Shown here piece by piece: positions 40,711 to 47,041 of a stretch of 47,041 nucleotides of DNA. The position numbers and the translations under genes were made by a program. Under the pieces are notes generated by a model. The model searched no databases. It was given only the letters and a program-made list of their open reading frames with translations, and was not told the DNA's origin. How positions within the stretch are numbered: position 1 is the stretch's first letter; every line of letters starts with the position of its first letter. This DNA comes from Trichosphaerium sp. ATCC 40318 (Eukaryota; Protista; Tubulinea): positions 1 to 47,041 of the forward strand of contig JALMLS010000546.1 in NCBI GenBank assembly GCA_038496445.1. The letters are read 5' to 3'.

Positions 40711-42723
40711 TTAGTATGGTTGTGGTTGTCCTTCTGTATTGTACACTTGTGGTGGTGGACCTCCCGTATTGTAAGGCGACGGTTGGTAATGAGTGGTGTG
40801 ATGTTCCACATGAGTGACTTGAGGTTGAATAGGCTGACCCATTGGTACAAACTCTTGCTGAACAGGTTGTGTTTGAATTACAGTAGGTTGTATTGTTGTC
40901 ATTGGAACTTCTGTATGAGTTGTAGTTGTAGTTGTTGTTATAGTTTTACCGCCAGTGCTTGCCTTAGCTGCGCATATGCTGCCGAAAATGGTTAACATTT
41001 GTAATAGGTTAAAAACCAAAAAAAGCAATTTGACAAGAAGTAATAACGTACCCACAACCGCAAACGCACACAATAATAGCGATGATACAAATAACACATA
41101 TAGCAAAACCAATACCAAATATAATACCGAGAAGTCTGCCAAAAGCAGTAATACCATCAAGAGCATCATTGAAGCCTGGTTTTTTTTAGAAGAAGAGTAA
41201 GTACCCTTCTGGTTATTTATAAATAAACGCTAGTCTTACCTGGGATAGTACGTGGGATAGGTGTTGTAAAATCAATTGATGCAAAGTCAGTGCAAGCCGC
41301 AGCTGACACAGTATTGACAACAGTAGAAAGTGATGAGAAACTGCTGACACTGAATGAAGCCTTTTGTGTGCTGTTGGGTAAGTTGGATGCAATGTAGTCC
41401 AATACAGCTCTGTTAATACCTTAAAAAATGATGTTAATAGAAGACGCTAGATTTTGTACACAAAAAAATGAAGAAAGAAGGAAAACGAATGCATAAAACT
41501 TGTGTTCCAAAAAAACAAAAAAAAAAAAAAAGCTGCTGAAATTTTCCTTCAGAAAGATAAGCTGTTTTTTTATCAACGGTTCTACTGTGTCAACTACTGG
41601 TACAGTATTGTAGTGTGAATTTTAATGAAATGAAATAGCGCTCGGTAGCAAAAAAGATAGGTTGAGAAAAAATACTAGCAGACATTAAAGTGTACCTGAC
41701 CCAACACCAACAGCAACGCGGTATACGCGTTGGTTATTTGCCTGTACTAGGGAATTGTATAATTCGTCTAAGTCACTATCCTGACCGTCTGTCACGATAA
41801 TTGCTACCTAACACGGAAGGTTAGACAAAGTTAGTTTGACTTTGAAACAAAAATTGTTGAGAACCTTGGGCTTAGTTTGTCCAGACATTAATGAAGTGGC
41901 TTCTGTAATACCACATGCAATGCATGTAGATCCTGCGTCCACACTAACAAAACCTGTAGGTAAAAGTATACATTAGTCTAAATATCCAAATTAAAATAAA
42001 ACTCGTTTTTTCAAAGAAAGCCAAAAAAAAGGCTTAACGTTTTGGTTATTTTGTCACTCATACAAAACAAAATAGTTAACATTTATTCTCATTACCTTGC
42101 AGGGAAGACGAAAATTCACTTTCGGTAGGTGTTGGTGTCCTAATGGTGCGACCTTTGCTTCCAAAGGCTACCAAGCCAATTGCAGGTGTTCCAGCTTATG
42201 TAATGTTAGATCGAAGCAGTTTAGAATTACAAACGGTAAACGAATATACAGAATTTGAGAAAAAAGTGTATGTACATTACGTACACGCATATAAGCTGCT
42301 AGCAACATTATCAGCATAATCCTTTTCATCTCTAAACTCGCTTGAGCTAATACTTCCAGACTCGTCCAATACTACAATGTAAGCTGTCAGCACGAATTCG
42401 TTTACAATATCATAAGTTCTTAAGCTATTTTGGTTTTGGCACAAAACGAAAAATCCATTGTTTGGTTTTGTTGGGCGTGGCCTACGTACCAAACGTAACA
42501 ACAGAAGGCTGGCAAGTAGTAACCTAAGCTTTTGGTAAGAATTTGTTGGTACCCCCTAAAGGAACCGAAACCGCAATCTTACAGGAGCTGATGGCGCTAC
42601 TGGCCCTGATACTGCTGGAGCTGCCGGTGCGGCTGGGGCTGGCGCCACTGGGGATGTAGGCTGCCCCATTGAGGAGCTAAAGCATATCAACAAACCCAAG
42701 ACAACTAGATACCCTGTGGCCAT
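40711..42723 (-). CDS. Type I membrane protein with VWA (MIDAS) domain, Cys-rich juxtamembrane region and Pro/Gln/Tyr-rich tail
   Basis: Signal peptide; Ala/Pro stalk; VVLDESGSI (DxSxS), IIVTDG, VAVGVG; TM LLGIIFGIGFAICVICIIAIIVCVCGCG; tail ...QPSPY...GQPQPY*. Confidence 0.85.
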
Positions 42724-43342
42724 CGCAGTTGCGTGTATTGTAATTTTTGTTGTGAGAAATGTTGACTTCTTTTTTTGAACAACAATTTGTTTGGTTTTTT
42801 GAACAAGAATTGTTTTTTCCACTCCCAAAATCGTTAATGCCATCGTCTGTTGTTTGGTGTTTGACGTAATAATGTATTTGCCATTTACGGGTATTGGCAT
42901 ATTGCTACCCGTTAATTTACAAATGAAGGAAAACGGGTCTGTTTGGTAAGGCAGCTGTATATTCGTCTCGATAGATCAAACGCATTACCTATGTGGCTAA
43001 ATGTCTGTTTTTTCTCGGTGTTACGTCACCAATATATTCAGGTATTGTAGCGTACTCGACTGAAACTGCTTTTTGGGTACACAATACGTTTGCACGTATT
43101 CTAAAAAAGCTGTTTTTGTGATTTGGTGCGCATTATTACTTTTTAACGCTTGATAGTTATCTACTATGAGGCGCTGTACCACAACGAGCTGGTATACAAT
43201 CAAAGCGTAGCAATCTAGTTTCAAACAAGACACATGGAACCATGTTACGTTCTGGTGTCAAAGCGTTTCTGTAGATTTTTATATTACGGCTTTGAACAGT
43301 TTTTCTTGTGGTAACGTGTGACGCGCTCTGTTTGGTAACGCT

Positions 43343-44364
43343 ATGAACGAGAATTACGAACCTCAAACGAACCCTCAAGAGCTTGAGAGCGCTTGTTTGC
43401 CTCTAGCTAAGCAGTACTACGATGCTGGGTGTAATCTAGACAATTTGTTGGGGTACGTCGCATCTCGGCTGAGTTTACGCTACATGAGCGTCGCAATTTA
43501 CTAAAGGGCAAGATAGGGTCTTCCTTAAGTACTTTGGAGTGTTTTAACTTTTTATTTATTTATTATTTGCGCAAATAGTGTTTTACTGTGCCGCTTCAAG
43601 TGTCGCTTTGCGTTGTGCTATAAACTAAGTACTGTAGGAGTGAAACGTCATCTGCAGTGTCAAATACTTGTAATGCGCTTGGTACATCCCTGAAGCTATG
43701 CATATCGCAGTCCCTTGTCAGAAAATCTACATGGCGTAGTTTGGAAAGTTGTATGAATAGCAAAGAAAGGCAGAATTTGAGTGGTGAAGCGAGAGACAAC
43801 TTTTGCAACTACGAACAACAGTTGGTGCTTGATGAATACGATGCTTTGTATCATACACGCATTGCAGAGCCAAAAAAATTGCTTGAAATTACAGATTTTG
43901 ACACATGGGCGTACGCTTCTTGTCACTTTTTTTTTTTTTTTTTTTTTTGAAATTGCCATTGAAACTAAGTCAATATTTTCAGACCTGGGACTGAAGGCCT
44001 GCAGCAAAGTATAAGTAAGATGAAAATAGGATTTTTTAATGCACGTAAAACGTACAACTTGGGAGAGGAAGACCAAGCAGAGTTTGATGAACAGCTTAAG
44101 AAGTATCGCCGATTGCTCTTTTTGGGTAAGTCATATTTTGATATATTAGTTTGACATACGAGTGGGTTTACTTCTGTATTACTTACAATATATACCATAG
44201 GTAAATACCAGTGTCCAGTATCTCTTTACTATTGTGAGAGTTGTTACACAGACAAGAAACGAAAAGACAGGAGCTGTGCGCAACAAACACAAGATCTCAT
44301 AAAATGTGCTAGCTTGTATTCTACATGGGCTTACCTACTGCGTGGTAAAACATTCAACAAATAG
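43343..44364 (+). CDS. Four-exon protein with multiple CX9C motifs (candidate mitochondrial intermembrane-space CHCH protein)
   Basis: Spliced ORF with CNALGTSLKLC and a C-terminal twin CPVSLYYCESC-x10-CAQQTQDLIKC. Confidence 0.65.
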
Positions 44365-44789
44365 CGTATGTACGGTATTTTTTTTCCTGAAGACGGCAGT
44401 TAAATGGAATGTAAGATAAAAAAAAAAAAAAGTTAAACTATGCAAACAGTTTTGTTATCTTACAAATAGCGTTACCCTTTTGCGCCTTTGGTACAATTGT
44501 TTTAATTCTTTCAAATCTTGGATTACCGGGCTCCTTATTTGGCGTCAACGCTCATTCGGTGAGCACCCTAAAGGGCTGTATGTTCTGCGTACCCCTTTTT
44601 TTTATGTCATGCAATCGACGTGTCAATTTGAACACTAAATTAGCTTCGTCCAATGAAACGGCGTTATGAATTTAATTGGTTGTAAAGCGTTGTAAGATGA
44701 CGTCGAAATTGAAAAAAAAAAAGTTGTTAAGGGTGAGTGGCTGAATTATAATCGCTGAATATTTCAAAAGAAGAATTGTTGGCAGCATC

Positions 44790-47041
44790 ATGTCATTTAT
44801 TCTCGTTCAAGGCGGCACCAAGCTCAAAATACAAGTGACAGCGTCAAAAACGTTAGCTGCTGTACTTGAAGACTTTTGTTCGCAAAAAGGTTTGGACGCA
44901 ACTGCGTGGACATTACAGAAGGGAAATAAACAATTAGATCTATCGCTGCCGCGTAGACTTACGGGATTGCCTAATAACGCCACTCTTACGTTGGTAAGGC
45001 GAAAGAAAGGAGGTGAGCATTGCCGTCAGTTGATTTTAACTTTCTGCTAAAACTTTTCAGCCACCAAGGTAGTTATAGCGCTTCAGCATCCTAAAGGCAG
45101 AGAACAGAGCCAATTCAATAGCTCTCAATCATTATGGGACGTTTTGGTACGTAGCCAACTGAGCCCTCTCCTCGTACGCGCTAATAAAAACAGGTTGCCG
45201 CGGAAGAATCAAAAAAAATACCGTTCGTAGCTGTTGAAGGCCCACATCCCAAAAACAAGAAAAAAATGGTGTACATGCAACCCGTGGTTACAGTACAAAA
45301 CAAAGAAGTGCGTTTAAATGAAAAACAAATTATTTGTAGAGTACGACAATTTTTTTTTTGTAACGCTTTTTTCCGTTTAGTACAACACGAATCAAATACT
45401 TCGCTCCACCACCCTCAGCTCTATTGGACTGGTTTCTGGACGTCACATGCTTCGTCTGCGCTACACACCAACAGATATTTCCTTGGCCGAGTTTGTAGAG
45501 CGTGACAGCAAATCTCAGGTGCGCATTTGTTTCTCATCATACCATCAAAACGTTTTTCGAACCGTTTCACTCAGTACACTTTTACGTGTAGTGAGGTTAA
45601 GATTTTTTGATCAACTTGTTTTAACAACGTGACAGGCTGTGGAGAAAGTAGCACAAGAGCAAGCCGCTGAAGAAAAACGTGTTAAGAAAGCTGCAGCTAT
45701 AGAGAAAGGAAAGAAAGCCGCACTTGAGCGTGAAGAGCGTATAAAGGTACTCAAAGAAGAAGAACAGCGAAAAAAAAAGGAAAACGAAGCCAGGCAAAAG
45801 GTGTTAAGGTAACGTGTTTTGCACATTCTGATTTGTGAGTATTGTTTGTGCTTACATACTTTGTAGAGAGGCGTATGAAAAAGAACAGTTGGCACGTGCA
45901 GAAAAAGAAAAGAAAGACAAGGAAAACTACGAGAGACAACAAGCAAAGAAGGCACTCCAAGATGCTGAGAAGTGCGGATTAAACAAGTTGTTGTTAGTTT
46001 ATTAATGTGTTATCTTGCCCTAGGCATAAGGCACTGAAGGAACGCGAAATGCAAGAACAAGCTGAAATGCAAGAAAGATTTAAGCTTTTGTCTTCTTGGG
46101 GAGGTGGTGAAGCGAAAGACAAGGAAGATACAACTAAAGACAAGGATGAGCGCCCTGCCAAAGTATGTTGCATCGGGTAGAATTGCGTGAGTTAACCGTT
46201 TTTGATCACTAGCGTATGAAGCTCGGTGAGGGAACGATTGATCTTCGCAAAGGAGATAGCGAGTTGCGCAAGACAACAACTAAGCTAATGCGTATGAAGA
46301 CAGAGAAAGAACGTGAACGTGATTTTGGTATTCCTAAAGAGGTATTGCTGCCACTTTTTTTTTGCTCTTTGACTTACAGTGTGTAGCCATGTCCGCGTTG
46401 TGTTCAAGTATTTGCAGCATCAACAAAGCCATTCAATGTGGCGTCAAGTACGTTGCTAGAGCTGCATAAGCCTTAATTTTTACTGTTATTTCAAATGAAT
46501 TTATTTGGTACCTAGTTGAGGTTCCAGAGGATTTTTATCATATTTCATCAGATGATATGAAGAAAATCGTAGCAGCCAAGCAGGCTGAAAAACGTGAGGA
46601 ACAACAGCGCACATCGGTATTAATGACAAAGGAAATGCGTGAACGTAAAAAGACACAACAATTACGTCGATTCCGAAAGGTGCAGTTCTCTCTTCTTTTT
46701 TGTTTAACGCTGTAAAGGCAGTTACTCACATACACTATTTTAGACGTATATTCGTGTGAGATTTCCAAATAGAATGGAGTTACAAGCAACGTTTTGGTCT
46801 ACAGAGACTAACCAACACTTGATTGACTTTGTCAAAAGCTCTTTGGCTAATCCGGAACTCAAATTTTATCTCTGTATCCTCCTCTGTTTTTATCTTTTTT
46901 TTTTGAGTCGCATTTCATACTCATTTACGATTTTGTGTTTCCTTGACAAACAAGACACAACACCACCGCCTAAGCACTTGGACGCAAAAGCAAACTTCAA
47001 AGCACAAAGATTCTTACCTGCAGCACTCGTTCACTTTGGCC
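44790..47041 (+). CDS. ASPSCR1: TUG/ASPSCR1 (Ubx4/PUX1-like) UBX-domain p97 adaptor; runs off the 3' edge
   Basis: N-terminal TUG-UBL1 (LDLSLPRRLTGLPNNATLTL), second UBL, coiled coil, EVPEDFY, UBX TYIRVRFPNRMELQATF...FYLYTTPP...FLPAALVHFG. Confidence 0.88.
46874..46954 (+). other. U12-type (minor spliceosome) GT-AG intron
   Basis: Donor GTATCCTC; branch site TTTCCTTGAC at 46938-46947 just upstream of the AG; no pyrimidine tract between branch site and AG; removal restores KFYLYTTPPP. Confidence 0.88.

Overview
AT-rich (roughly one-third GC by eye), gene-dense eukaryotic nuclear DNA using the standard code, with many short spliceosomal introns (donors GTACGT/GTAAGT/GTGCGT). It most likely comes from a bacterivorous protist such as an amoeba; this is inference. 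Intron-rich conserved genes: arginyl-tRNA synthetase, propionyl-CoA carboxylase beta, TUG/ASPSCR1-like UBX protein, OGFr-domain protein, secreted S66 LD-carboxypeptidase, secreted GH10 xylanase, and VWA and PLAT membrane proteins. Between them sit intron-poor repeat-protein genes (F-box-like+MORN x2, F-box-LRR, ankyrin), a Crinkler-like pseudo-nuclease/kinase, a divergent Ran paralog lacking G3, two paralogs of an unrecognised secreted double-propeller family, and several decayed relics. Notable structure: ~100-bp inverted repeats bracketing one secreted gene, a U12-type intron, a GC-AG intron, higher-order 72-nt MORN repeat shuffling, and strong over-representation of CACGTG. Gene models were spliced by hand, so some boundaries are approximate.
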